A program made the position numbers and the translations under genes. A stretch of DNA of 31,864 nucleotides from a virus (lineage: Duplodnaviria; Caudoviricetes): IMG/VR virus record IMGVR_UViG_3300042866_001249, positions 1 to 31,864 of that record, one strand, 5' to 3'. The first letter of the stretch is position 1; every line of letters starts with the position of its first letter. Shown here one piece after another: positions 16,591 through 24,290 of this stretch. The notes under the pieces were generated by a model. That model saw nothing but the letters and a program-made list of their open reading frames with translations. It ran no database searches and had not been told where the DNA came from.

Positions 16591-16619
16591 TTGACGCGCA
16601 ACCCGTTTGCCCGTAGCCT
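16591..16619 (+). promoter_or_regulatory. Sigma70-type promoter TTGACG-N17-TAGCCT for the moron gene
   Basis: 17-nt spacing; ATG 6 nt after the -10; inverted repeat CGGGCAAA/TTTGCCCG (16578-16613). Confidence 0.7.
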
Positions 16620-16625
16620 CTTGGC

Positions 16626-16811
16626 ATGGGACAGCACCGCTTGCCGACGTATCAGGAATTGCAGGACGAAATGACCCGCGTGCGCGCCGACGCAGAGGAA
16701 CGCACGCTAGAGCGTGTCATGTTCAACGTGTCGGGCGCGGCCTTGTGGTTCCTTGGCGGGGTGATGTTCGCAGCCGCCGTGGTTGGCCTGTTCGTCGCGG
16801 CGGTGTTCTAG
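16626..16811 (+). CDS. Small single-TM membrane protein (moron, opposite strand)
   Basis: Fills the gap between TMP and the next tail gene; own promoter; C-terminal hydrophobic helix. Confidence 0.72.
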   Translation: MGQHRLPTYQELQDEMTRVRADAEERTLERVMFNVSGAALWFLGGVMFAAAVVGLFVAAVF

Positions 16812-18184
16812 GGCAGGAACATATTGAACTTGTTTGCACTGTTCCGGGTGTTGTTCTTGATCTCTTCCGTGTTCTTGGCCGTCTTCTGCTGTGCCTGTAG
16901 TGCCCTATCTTCGCCCAGGTTCCCAGCGTTGAAGGCGAGCCGTTGAGCCTCCGCGCTGTCGCCTAGAACCAAGTCGGCCAGCCCACCACGCCGGGCGGGT
17001 TCGATTCCGGCCAATGCCGCTAAACTCGAATCGACATCAATACCACGCATGGCTTCTAGGTTTTCAATGTTGATGCGGTACAACTCGCGGGCGATGTCTA
17101 CCCGCTCTTCCTCGACCGCAGCGACCTTTTCCACAACCTTCACTTCCTGCATCTCATCGGCGAACCGCAACTTTGCGATGCGTCGGCTACGCCGCAAGGC
17201 TTCTTCGCTTGCCCTAGCCGCCTCCGTCGCCCTCGCGTCGAAGTCGCTGGTTACTGCTTCAATGCCGACCGATGTGCCCACAGCGAACGCGCTGCCAATC
17301 GTGGCGACAAACTGCCCAACTTGGCTTTCCCGCCCAAGACTTTGGAGCGATTGGTTGATCGTGGCTGTGACGTTCTTGGTGTTGAAAATTTGCATGAAGA
17401 CGGTTGCAGCATTAGCCGCCCGCTCGATAGCAGGGGCGAAACGGCTTGCCGCTGCGTTGGCTAGGCCGTCCATAGCAACGCCCATGCGGTCAATAGCCTG
17501 ATCTGCCATTACAGCCCGCTCTACGTCAACGCCAGACACTACACCGCCAACCGAACGAACCTCACCAATCGCAGAAGCAAGGCCACTGGCCCCCGCGCCA
17601 AGCACGCGAAGAGCGTTGTGCCCTTGCTTGCCGAACAGGTCGAACGCAGCCGCCGAACGCTCTGCGGGGTTCTCGATGCCAGCCAGCCCGTCCGCAATCT
17701 GATCCAGAAGTTCCCGCGTTCCAAGCCCGCGAAGTTCCTCCGCACTCAGGCCGATGCGGGCAAGTTGGGCAATCGAGCTGTTGTCTCCTACACGAGCGTC
17801 CACAACAGTCCGAACAATGTCTTCGACCAGTCGCCGCGTCGTTTCCGCCTCGACGTTCGCGAGCTTGAAAGCCGCCTCGATCTCCTGAATCTCGACCGTG
17901 CTTAGCCCCAGCATCGCGGCGTTTTCGGATGATCTGTTGAGGTTTTCGATTGACTCCGCTATGCGGTTATACACCGCTTGCAGGCGGTTAGCCATCCCCT
18001 CAATCGCAACGATGGTCGCACCAGCAGCGGCACCAAACGAGAACGCGCTACTTAGGCCACTACCCGTCTTCCGCGCCTTGCGTTCCGTCGATTCGAGAGC
18101 CTTCTCGACGCGATCAAGCACCTTGACAAAGCCGTCATCGGTCGCGACCAGTTGTGCCGCAAGTTTGCCAATGCTCCTAGCCAT
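16808..18184 (-). CDS. Tail tape measure protein (short, 458 aa)
   Basis: MARSIGKLAAQL start; ERSAAAFDLFGKQG motif; Ala-rich helical; follows the chaperones. Confidence 0.9.
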   Translation of the reverse strand: MARSIGKLAAQLVATDDGFVKVLDRVEKALESTERKARKTGSGLSSAFSFGAAAGATIVAIEGMANRLQAVYNRIAESIENLNRSSENAAMLGLSTVEIQEIEAAFKLANVEAETTRRLVEDIVRTVVDARVGDNSSIAQLARIGLSAEELRGLGTRELLDQIADGLAGIENPAERSAAAFDLFGKQGHNALRVLGAGASGLASAIGEVRSVGGVVSGVDVERAVMADQAIDRMGVAMDGLANAAASRFAPAIERAANAATVFMQIFNTKNVTATINQSLQSLGRESQVGQFVATIGSAFAVGTSVGIEAVTSDFDARATEAARASEEALRRSRRIAKLRFADEMQEVKVVEKVAAVEEERVDIARELYRINIENLEAMRGIDVDSSLAALAGIEPARRGGLADLVLGDSAEAQRLAFNAGNLGEDRALQAQQKTAKNTEEIKNNTRNSANKFNMFLP

Positions 18185-18192
18185 CGTTGCTC

Positions 18193-18513
18193 CTATCGCC
18201 TGCCGCGCCTCAAGAAGTCCTCAATGGCCTCCTTGCTGATCTCTTCCGGCGTTCGCATGTCCGGCCTTGGGAATGCCTGGTACTCGCCCGGCTTCACGTT
18301 CTTTTCGCCAGCAACCGCCACCGAATAGGCCCGCGTGACAGAGTTTTCCAGACTCAACCGCTCGATGCCTAGCGGACCCTTCAAGAATGAATAGGCCCGC
18401 CATGCGTCAAACTCGCCCGGCCCCAGCCCTTCCGTCGTTTCCGCAAGAGTCTTGCCGAGATGGTCGGCCAACTCCATGAGGAACATCAGGGTTGGGGCCT
18501 GCGTCAGTTTTTT
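18193..18513 (-). CDS. Tail assembly chaperone, -1 frameshift extension (gpT-like)
   Basis: -1 frame open across A AAA AAC; ELADHLGKT...EFDAWRAY motif. Confidence 0.8.
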   Translation of the reverse strand, partial: KKLTQAPTLMFLMELADHLGKTLAETTEGLGPGEFDAWRAYSFLKGPLGIERLSLENSVTRAYSVAVAGEKNVKPGEYQAFPRPDMRTPEEISKEAIEDFLRRGRR

Positions 18514-18848
18514 GCGTCGGCCTGAATCGCGCCATTCCACGCATCAATCAAGTCGATGGACACTGACGCAGACAACTTGCTAGCGACCGCCTCCGCTTCT
18601 TCCGGCGTCGCACACTGCGGCGCGCCGCTTTCGTCGCACAGGTCGGCAAGCACAATCGCCAGCAGGGTCGAAGCGGCTTCGGCATCGTTGCCAGCCTTCT
18701 TCGCTTCCCTGTGCTTGGCAATCGCCTTGTCCTGCTCGACCTGCTCGACGAGCGTGCGACGACGGAAGAAAACAACCCCGAGGCCGTCGATTTCGGCCTT
18801 GCGGGGTTGCAGGAGTTTGGCCGACGAAATGAGTTCGTGAATGTTCAT
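18504..18848 (-). CDS. Tail assembly chaperone (gpG-like)
   Basis: Between tail tube and TMP; LCDESG motif; ends ...AKN at the slippery site. Confidence 0.85.
   Translation of the reverse strand: MNIHELISSAKLLQPRKAEIDGLGVVFFRRRTLVEQVEQDKAIAKHREAKKAGNDAEAASTLLAIVLADLCDESGAPQCATPEEAEAVASKLSASVSIDLIDAWNGAIQADAKN
18507..18513 (-). other. Programmed -1 ribosomal frameshift heptamer A AAA AAC
   Basis: GCA AAA AAC TGA at the end of the gpG-like ORF. Confidence 0.85.
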
Positions 18849-19276
18849 GAGCCGAAGTTCGTGAAAGTGATCGGGCCAGAGATGCGGATACGGCAACGCG
18901 CCAACTGCGCGCCGTCAACGCTGTGCGGGGGCGGGTCGTTGCGAACGACGTAGCCCGTGAACGCCTGCGTAGGCGCGGGCGAACCGTGGCCGGGGATCGT
19001 GACGGTGAACGTGGTTGCAACAGGACCGCCACCGGCGGACGGGTACATGAGGAGGTTGATTGCAGCCCACGGGGTTTCGGCAAACTCGTAGTCAAACGAG
19101 CAACCGCCCGGATCGGCTGCGGTGGGGGTGAACTCCATTACGCCTGTAGCGGAGTCGTGGCAAACGTACTGCTCGCCGTCGTACTCGACGCCATCCTTGT
19201 CCCACTGGAAGATGCACGGGATAGCGGTGCCGGCCGTGGGGGTGATCGTAAAACCAAGTTCGCGCTTGCGTGCCAT
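18845..19276 (-). CDS. Major tail (tube) protein
   Basis: DPGGCSFDY, FTGYV and IRISGPITF tube motifs; AGGAG RBS; own promoter. Confidence 0.85.
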   Translation of the reverse strand: MARKRELGFTITPTAGTAIPCIFQWDKDGVEYDGEQYVCHDSATGVMEFTPTAADPGGCSFDYEFAETPWAAINLLMYPSAGGGPVATTFTVTIPGHGSPAPTQAFTGYVVRNDPPPHSVDGAQLARCRIRISGPITFTNFGS

Positions 19277-19295
19277 GTTTCGCTCCTATGTCGCC

Positions 19296-19323
19296 ATCCT
19301 TGCGGGGAATAGCGGGTTGTCAA
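19296..19323 (-). promoter_or_regulatory. Late promoter copy 3: TTGACA-N16-AAGGAT
   Basis: One of five copies; followed by a separate SD. Confidence 0.82.
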
Positions 19324-19709
19324 CTCCTCGAAACTACGTTGAAAAGCATCTCAACGTGGTGGATATCCGCGTCCGATGCGTCGTCTTTCTTCTCAGAATT
19401 CATGCTGAATCCGGTAAGCAGCGGCCTGTGCGTCTGCCCGCCGAAGTCGTCGTTCTCGATTGATGTGATGATCTGCTCTTGCAGCATCCGGGCCTGCTGG
19501 TAGTCGCTGGCGAAGACGGATACAGATACGTCGTAAGTCGCTTGGCACACCACATCGGCTGCGTACTGGCGTTCGTGGCCCTCTAGGGCAATCACGATGA
19601 TCGGGAGGGTTTCATCCTGACCGGCCAGCCCGTAGTAGATGCGCGTGCCTACCACGTCTTCCACCAAAGGCAGGTCTTTGATTTTGGCGTAGAAGTCCTG
19701 CTCAATCAT
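19320..19709 (-). CDS. Tail terminator/completion protein (DUF3168-like)
   Basis: VVGTRIYYGLAGQDETLPII motif; position. Confidence 0.8.
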   Translation of the reverse strand: MIEQDFYAKIKDLPLVEDVVGTRIYYGLAGQDETLPIIVIALEGHERQYAADVVCQATYDVSVSVFASDYQQARMLQEQIITSIENDDFGGQTHRPLLTGFSMNSEKKDDASDADIHHVEMLFNVVSRS

Positions 19710-20257
19710 CCCGCTTTCCCCTTCTGATACCGGGCAATGGCCCTCGCAATCGCCTGCTCCATCTTCGCAGCCGCGCGGCTACTTGCCATGCGGACGCCTC
19801 GCTCCATAAACCGCGTGGGCTTGATGCCGGGGTGGGGAATCGCAACCACCGTGTTCCCGCTCTTCTGTAGCGTGTGGTGGGGGCGTACGCCCTTCTCGAC
19901 GAGGTGCGCGTACCAGACGGGTCGCACGGGCTTGGTAACAAGCCGATCCCACGAGGTTCGCGCCGCCAACTTCCAATCGCGATTCGGGCCGACCACGCCG
20001 ACGAACACAACGCCATTCGCCCGGCGTCGGCTGCGATACTTGACCACCTTGAAGTCGATGCTTTGCCGAAGTGAACCACTCTCGCGTGGTGCGTTCGCCC
20101 GAATCTGATCCCGTACCACCCTCGCAGCAGCCGAAACACCCATCCGCACGCCCTTCGCACGCAACTTGTCGGGCATGGCGCGTAGTTCGGCCTTCATGTC
20201 CTTGATGCCGTTCCACTTGAACGCAACTTTGATGCTCTGGCCGCTTTGGGTAATCAT
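19706..20257 (-). CDS. HK97 gp10-like tail morphogenesis protein
   Basis: APRESGSLRQSI, YAHLVEKG and HPGIKPTRFM motifs. Confidence 0.88.
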   Translation of the reverse strand: MITQSGQSIKVAFKWNGIKDMKAELRAMPDKLRAKGVRMGVSAAARVVRDQIRANAPRESGSLRQSIDFKVVKYRSRRRANGVVFVGVVGPNRDWKLAARTSWDRLVTKPVRPVWYAHLVEKGVRPHHTLQKSGNTVVAIPHPGIKPTRFMERGVRMASSRAAAKMEQAIARAIARYQKGKAG

Positions 20258-20700
20258 CACGAACCCTCCGGCGAGGGTGCGGTTTGCACTGGTGCCTCTG
20301 GGTTCTGCAAGAAGTCGCCCGGCACAACGATGTCTTCGCCCGTGGCGGTCGCCTTGTCCGCACTCTGGATGCACGTTGCTAGCGTCAACTCCTGCCGGAA
20401 TGTCTCGTTATCTACGGTCTGCACGTCCCATAGCACGCCGCGATGGACAATCACGTCCTTTGCGTTCAGGTCGCGGAACCACCGAAGCGTGAGTTGCATC
20501 GTCTTCCGCGTGACCTGGCGGTTCGCCTCGAACGCCTCGACCGCCCCGATCTGCTCGATACGCGCAGAACGCTTCGGGTGGTCCGTCAATGCGACATACG
20601 ACACGCTCCGCGTCCCGTTGGGGTTGATGGTCGTCACCTTGCGGTACGCCTTGACACGCTCATTGAAGTCGCCGGAATGGAACTTGTTTGCCTTCATCAC
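20257..20700 (-). CDS. Head closure / head-tail adaptor (SPP1 gp16-like)
   Basis: GDFNERV...ARIEQIGAVE...LRW pattern; position. Confidence 0.85.
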   Translation of the reverse strand: MMKANKFHSGDFNERVKAYRKVTTINPNGTRSVSYVALTDHPKRSARIEQIGAVEAFEANRQVTRKTMQLTLRWFRDLNAKDVIVHRGVLWDVQTVDNETFRQELTLATCIQSADKATATGEDIVVPGDFLQNPEAPVQTAPSPEGS

Positions 20701-20981
20701 CAGACGAGGTAGACGTTCACCGTGGTAGACGCGCCGACAATCGACCGCAGGCGAAGCGGGGCCGGGGCCTGCGGGTTGGAAGTTACGGGCAGAGTCACGC
20801 TCGTAGCCGCGCCGCCGCCGCGAGTGTCAAGCGTGCAGGCCACGTTGCCGGATGCGATGACGAAGAACCCGCGCGGCAGGTCGTCGCCCGTCGCGCTCCA
20901 GTTGCCGCCAGCAGTCACCAGCGTAACTTGATGCCCCGGCGCGTTGATGTCCGAACTGTGTCCCTCAAACTTGTTGCTCAT
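20697..20981 (-). CDS. Head spike base protein-like (RcGTA Rcc01079-like)
   Basis: 94 aa; F..H...APG...RGFFV..SGNV...V.LP......PLRLRSI..STT pattern recognised by eye; AGGAG RBS. Confidence 0.6.
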   Translation of the reverse strand: MSNKFEGHSSDINAPGHQVTLVTAGGNWSATGDDLPRGFFVIASGNVACTLDTRGGGAATSVTLPVTSNPQAPAPLRLRSIVGASTTVNVYLVW

Positions 20982-21607
20982 CGGTGAATCTCCTGTACCG
21001 TTTTCCGCATCCCACGGAAGTAGACTGTGCCCGGCCAAAGGTGCGTGGTAATCGCGCGAACGGACCCTTCAACGTCACCGCCGACGATGCCCGCCGTGAA
21101 CTGCTCGCGGTTTTTGTACCAGTGGCCGACAATCAGCAGCACGGCCATCTTTGCGAGCGATGGGACCGCCGTAACGTCGGACGCGAGGCCCGCGTCATAT
21201 GTCACCTTGAAGCAGCCCAAGTAGCCATCGCCCACGGTCGGCCATGCCTTGTTCGGCCTCAACGCAACGCGGCCCGGAACGCTGGCGTAGTCAACCTGAT
21301 AATCACCCGCGTCGAAGTCCTGCGGATTGCCGTCGGCGTCGATGTATGCAATTGAAACGCCGTCGATGTTCACGAGGGGACCGCCCGGCAATTCCAAAAC
21401 CGTGTCTGTCGGGAGGTGGTCCAGTTGCAGCCGCAGGTTTCGACGCACGAACTTGACGCCCGCGCACGATTCCGCGTACTTGGTCGCGGCAACAATCATC
21501 GCTTGAATCACCAGGTCAAAGTCCTCGATGTCCACGTTGAGGTGTCGCTTTGCTTCCGCAAGCGTGACCGCTGGGTAGTCGCCGGGTGATGTTTCCACTA
21601 GCACCAT
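20978..21607 (-). CDS. Head-tail connector (gp6 / phiE125 gp8-like)
   Basis: VTLAEAKRHLNVD and AVLLIVGHWYKNRE. Confidence 0.92.
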   Translation of the reverse strand: MVLVETSPGDYPAVTLAEAKRHLNVDIEDFDLVIQAMIVAATKYAESCAGVKFVRRNLRLQLDHLPTDTVLELPGGPLVNIDGVSIAYIDADGNPQDFDAGDYQVDYASVPGRVALRPNKAWPTVGDGYLGCFKVTYDAGLASDVTAVPSLAKMAVLLIVGHWYKNREQFTAGIVGGDVEGSVRAITTHLWPGTVYFRGMRKTVQEIHR

Positions 21608-21641
21608 GAAACCGGCCCAGACGCTTTCGCGCGTGGGCCGG
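21608..21641 (-). terminator. GC-rich GAAA-loop hairpin after the capsid genes (weak terminator or processing stem)
   Basis: CCGGCCCA-CGCGC-GAAA-GCGT-C-TGGGCCGG-TTTC; only a short U tract. Confidence 0.5.
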
Positions 21642-21662
21642 GAGAGAGGGGGGAGGGAGTTC

Positions 21663-22103
21663 TTACGCGCCGGTGCCGCTGGTGGTGCCAGACGGACCCT
21701 GCACGATCTTGCCAATGCCGAGGGCCACGGGGCCCTTCTTCGTGCGGTAGCGGATGCAGTAGACTTCGCCGACAGCGGTGTTCGCGCCAGCGCGAATCAC
21801 CGAAGCCGCGAGGTAGCGGCCAAGGTTGGCGCGAGGCTCATGCACGCAGACGCGGGCAACTTGCCCGTTGCTGCCCGCGATGCTGCGGGTTCCGCTCAGG
21901 TGGCTCACGCCGCTCGAACCGTCAGACGCGGTGGACTGACGAATGTACATGAAGTTGCCAGCGTTGGCCGTCGCGATGGTTCCGAAGAACACCGCGCCGT
22001 CCCAGCCCTGCATATCCACGTACGTCGAAACCGCTTCCGTACCAGCCGAACCAGCATCTTCGGCAACCAGAGTGATGTCAATGTCTTCAAGCAGTGCAAA
22101 CAT
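21663..22103 (-). CDS. Putative capsid decoration protein
   Basis: Immediately after the MCP; YVDMQGWDGAVF motif; beta-rich. Confidence 0.65.
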   Translation of the reverse strand: MFALLEDIDITLVAEDAGSAGTEAVSTYVDMQGWDGAVFFGTIATANAGNFMYIRQSTASDGSSGVSHLSGTRSIAGSNGQVARVCVHEPRANLGRYLAASVIRAGANTAVGEVYCIRYRTKKGPVALGIGKIVQGPSGTTSGTGA

Positions 22104-22148
22104 GGTCTTTTTTCCTTGTGTTTGTGGTGTGTCCGATTCAACCGGCTA

Positions 22149-23444
22149 TTAGGCCGAATACTTGAAACGAACGAACGCGGTCTGGAAGATGGGCATGGCG
22201 TCCGTTTCCTTGCGGAGATAGAAGAACGCCTTGTTCTGGTTGTTGCTGGTCGTGTCGTTCGTGACACGCTCGACGCTCATGGTCAGGGCGTCAGCGATGG
22301 CGTAGTAGGACATGTCCCCGACCACGAGGCCGTAGGTGTTCTGAGTCGAACCGCTGGGGGCGAACTCGCTCTCGTAGATCGGGATGCCCATGATGCGCGG
22401 CACGTCGGGCTGCGTCAGGTCGTACTGCATGTAGTAGCGGTTCTCAGCGTCCTTCAGAAGCGCGAGCTTGGTGAACGTGTCGCGGTGGCAGATGCCGATG
22501 GCACGGGTGCGATACGACGCCTTCAGGGTCAGGATGCCGGTCTTCAGTCCGTCCGAAGTGAAAGCGGTGTTCGCACCCGTGTTCACATCGCGGCCCGTGC
22601 TAATGCCGTTGGTGCTGGCGGTGAACAGGCCCAAGGGCTTGCCCACGCCGTCACCGCTGAGAAACGCCTTCTCTTCCGTGACCGCGTGCTTGTACGCGAG
22701 GCGGGAGAGGACGTAGGACTCGACGCCGGGCATCCGCTGGAGCAGACGCTTCGACACGTTCAGCCGCTTGGCGACCATCGAAGGCTTCAGGTCACGACGC
22801 CCGAAGGTCATCGCGGTGTCAGCCGTGGGGTCTTGGTCGATTTCGGCGGTCCATTCCGCGTCGCTGGGGTCGTTTTCGAGAGTGGGGACGCCCAGGCTTT
22901 CGGCGTTGCCGACCGGGTAAACGGTCGCGTTCGCACGCACGAAGTTGTTGTCGTCCAGTTCCTTCCAGATGGTGCCGAGCAGGGCCTGCGGGAGCAGGAA
23001 GCCACCAGCAGAGCCGATGCCGACTTGCAGGTCGCGCATCTGGCCGTTGCGACCGCGAAGGTACTGGCCGAGGGCGTTATCGTACGCCTCGCCACGGACT
23101 TCGTAGTCATCGGGGAGGGTGATGCTGCGCGTCTTGCCGTGGACGTTGCGGTATTCGATCTTGCCGGGCTTGCTCGCCGTGCGGGTCTGGACCGCCGCGC
23201 CGCGATGCTCGACTTCGACCTCATCGTCGTCGATCAGGTCATCCAGTTCGGCCATCCGCTTGGCGTCGGCGTTGAGCTGCGTGACCTGCTCGTCGATCTT
23301 GCGCTTGTCGTCAAAGATCGCGTCTACGCGCTGCTGCTCTTCCGCAGTAAGGGTGCCGCCGCGCTTCTGCGCAGCATCCTTGATCTTCCGGGCTTCCTCA
23401 ATCAGAGAAATACCCTGCTTCTGCAATTCTTCCTTGGTTGCCAT
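22149..23444 (-). CDS. Major capsid protein, HK97 fold with N-terminal delta domain
   Basis: Coiled-coil N-terminus; AGGFLLP, EEKAFLSGDGVGKPLG, IMGIPI, GDMSYY. Confidence 0.97.
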   Translation of the reverse strand: MATKEELQKQGISLIEEARKIKDAAQKRGGTLTAEEQQRVDAIFDDKRKIDEQVTQLNADAKRMAELDDLIDDDEVEVEHRGAAVQTRTASKPGKIEYRNVHGKTRSITLPDDYEVRGEAYDNALGQYLRGRNGQMRDLQVGIGSAGGFLLPQALLGTIWKELDDNNFVRANATVYPVGNAESLGVPTLENDPSDAEWTAEIDQDPTADTAMTFGRRDLKPSMVAKRLNVSKRLLQRMPGVESYVLSRLAYKHAVTEEKAFLSGDGVGKPLGLFTASTNGISTGRDVNTGANTAFTSDGLKTGILTLKASYRTRAIGICHRDTFTKLALLKDAENRYYMQYDLTQPDVPRIMGIPIYESEFAPSGSTQNTYGLVVGDMSYYAIADALTMSVERVTNDTTSNNQNKAFFYLRKETDAMPIFQTAFVRFKYSA

Positions 23445-23655
23445 CGTTCGTTCTCCGGTGTGTTCCGGGAACGCGCGTGTAATGACGATTCCCGGAACGG
23501 TTGAAAACCGCTCCGGCGAACCGCCCGCGTCACGCTGGCATGGCCCGCCTCTCTTGACCGATCCCGCTCCGCATCACGCATCACGAGAACGCCAAGGGCT
23601 TCTGGTTTGAATACGGCTTGCGGGCTTTCACCCGCTTCGCCGCTGGAGGCTGTCG
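23445..23655 (-). ncRNA. Candidate structured 5' leader of the capsid mRNA
   Basis: GNRA hairpin, two mutually exclusive stems and an anti-SD segment, read by eye. Confidence 0.4.
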
Positions 23656-23659
23656 CGCC

Positions 23660-23687
23660 ATCCTTGCGGGTCGCGCGGTCAAGTCAA
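23660..23687 (-). promoter_or_regulatory. Late promoter copy 4: TTGACT-N16-AAGGAT
   Basis: One of five copies; about 215 nt upstream of the MCP start. Confidence 0.8.
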
Positions 23688-24290
23688 GTCTTGGTTTTGC
23701 ATGAGTGCGACCACCAGCCCCGCATACGCCGCGCCGCCCGTGTCCTTGGGCTTCTCAACCCGACCCGACCGAACGACTAGATCAAACTGGGCTTGGTCGT
23801 ACGCCGGGAACGCGACCACGCTGATTTCGTACAGCCGCACTTCCTCAATCTCGCTGGCCCGCTTGTTCTCGTCCCAAGTCTCGCGGATGATGTCGAACCC
23901 GAACGACATGCCGTCCAGGTCGCCGCGTTCAACCTGCGTAATCAGGTCGCGGCCTTCCTGCGTGTCGGGAATCTCGGCGCGGAACCACAGGCCCCGCTCA
24001 TCCTCGCGGAGTTCCAGCGTGCCCGTCACCTTGCCGTCACGGTTGCGACGGGAGGCGATGACGCGGCCCGTGTCGTGGGAGTGAAGGAGTTTGATGCTGG
24101 GCTGCTCGGCAAGCGACGTAGCGAACGCGCCGCGCTTCACCACCTCAGTCCACGCCCAGTCACCGCGCCCGAGTTTGGTTTCGACCTCGAACTCAGTTGC
24201 GTAGCCTTCTAGGTATCGCTTGCCGTCCTTTTCTGACGAGCGAACTTGCGAAATCTCGCGGACAAGTTGCCGCTTTTCAGTCGTTGTCAT
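23679..24290 (-). CDS. HK97-family prohead protease
   Basis: EGYA..F, LHSHD, EDERGL, GMSFGF, LYEISVVAFPAY. Confidence 0.96.
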   Translation of the reverse strand: MTTTEKRQLVREISQVRSSEKDGKRYLEGYATEFEVETKLGRGDWAWTEVVKRGAFATSLAEQPSIKLLHSHDTGRVIASRRNRDGKVTGTLELREDERGLWFRAEIPDTQEGRDLITQVERGDLDGMSFGFDIIRETWDENKRASEIEEVRLYEISVVAFPAYDQAQFDLVVRSGRVEKPKDTGGAAYAGLVVALMQNQDLT

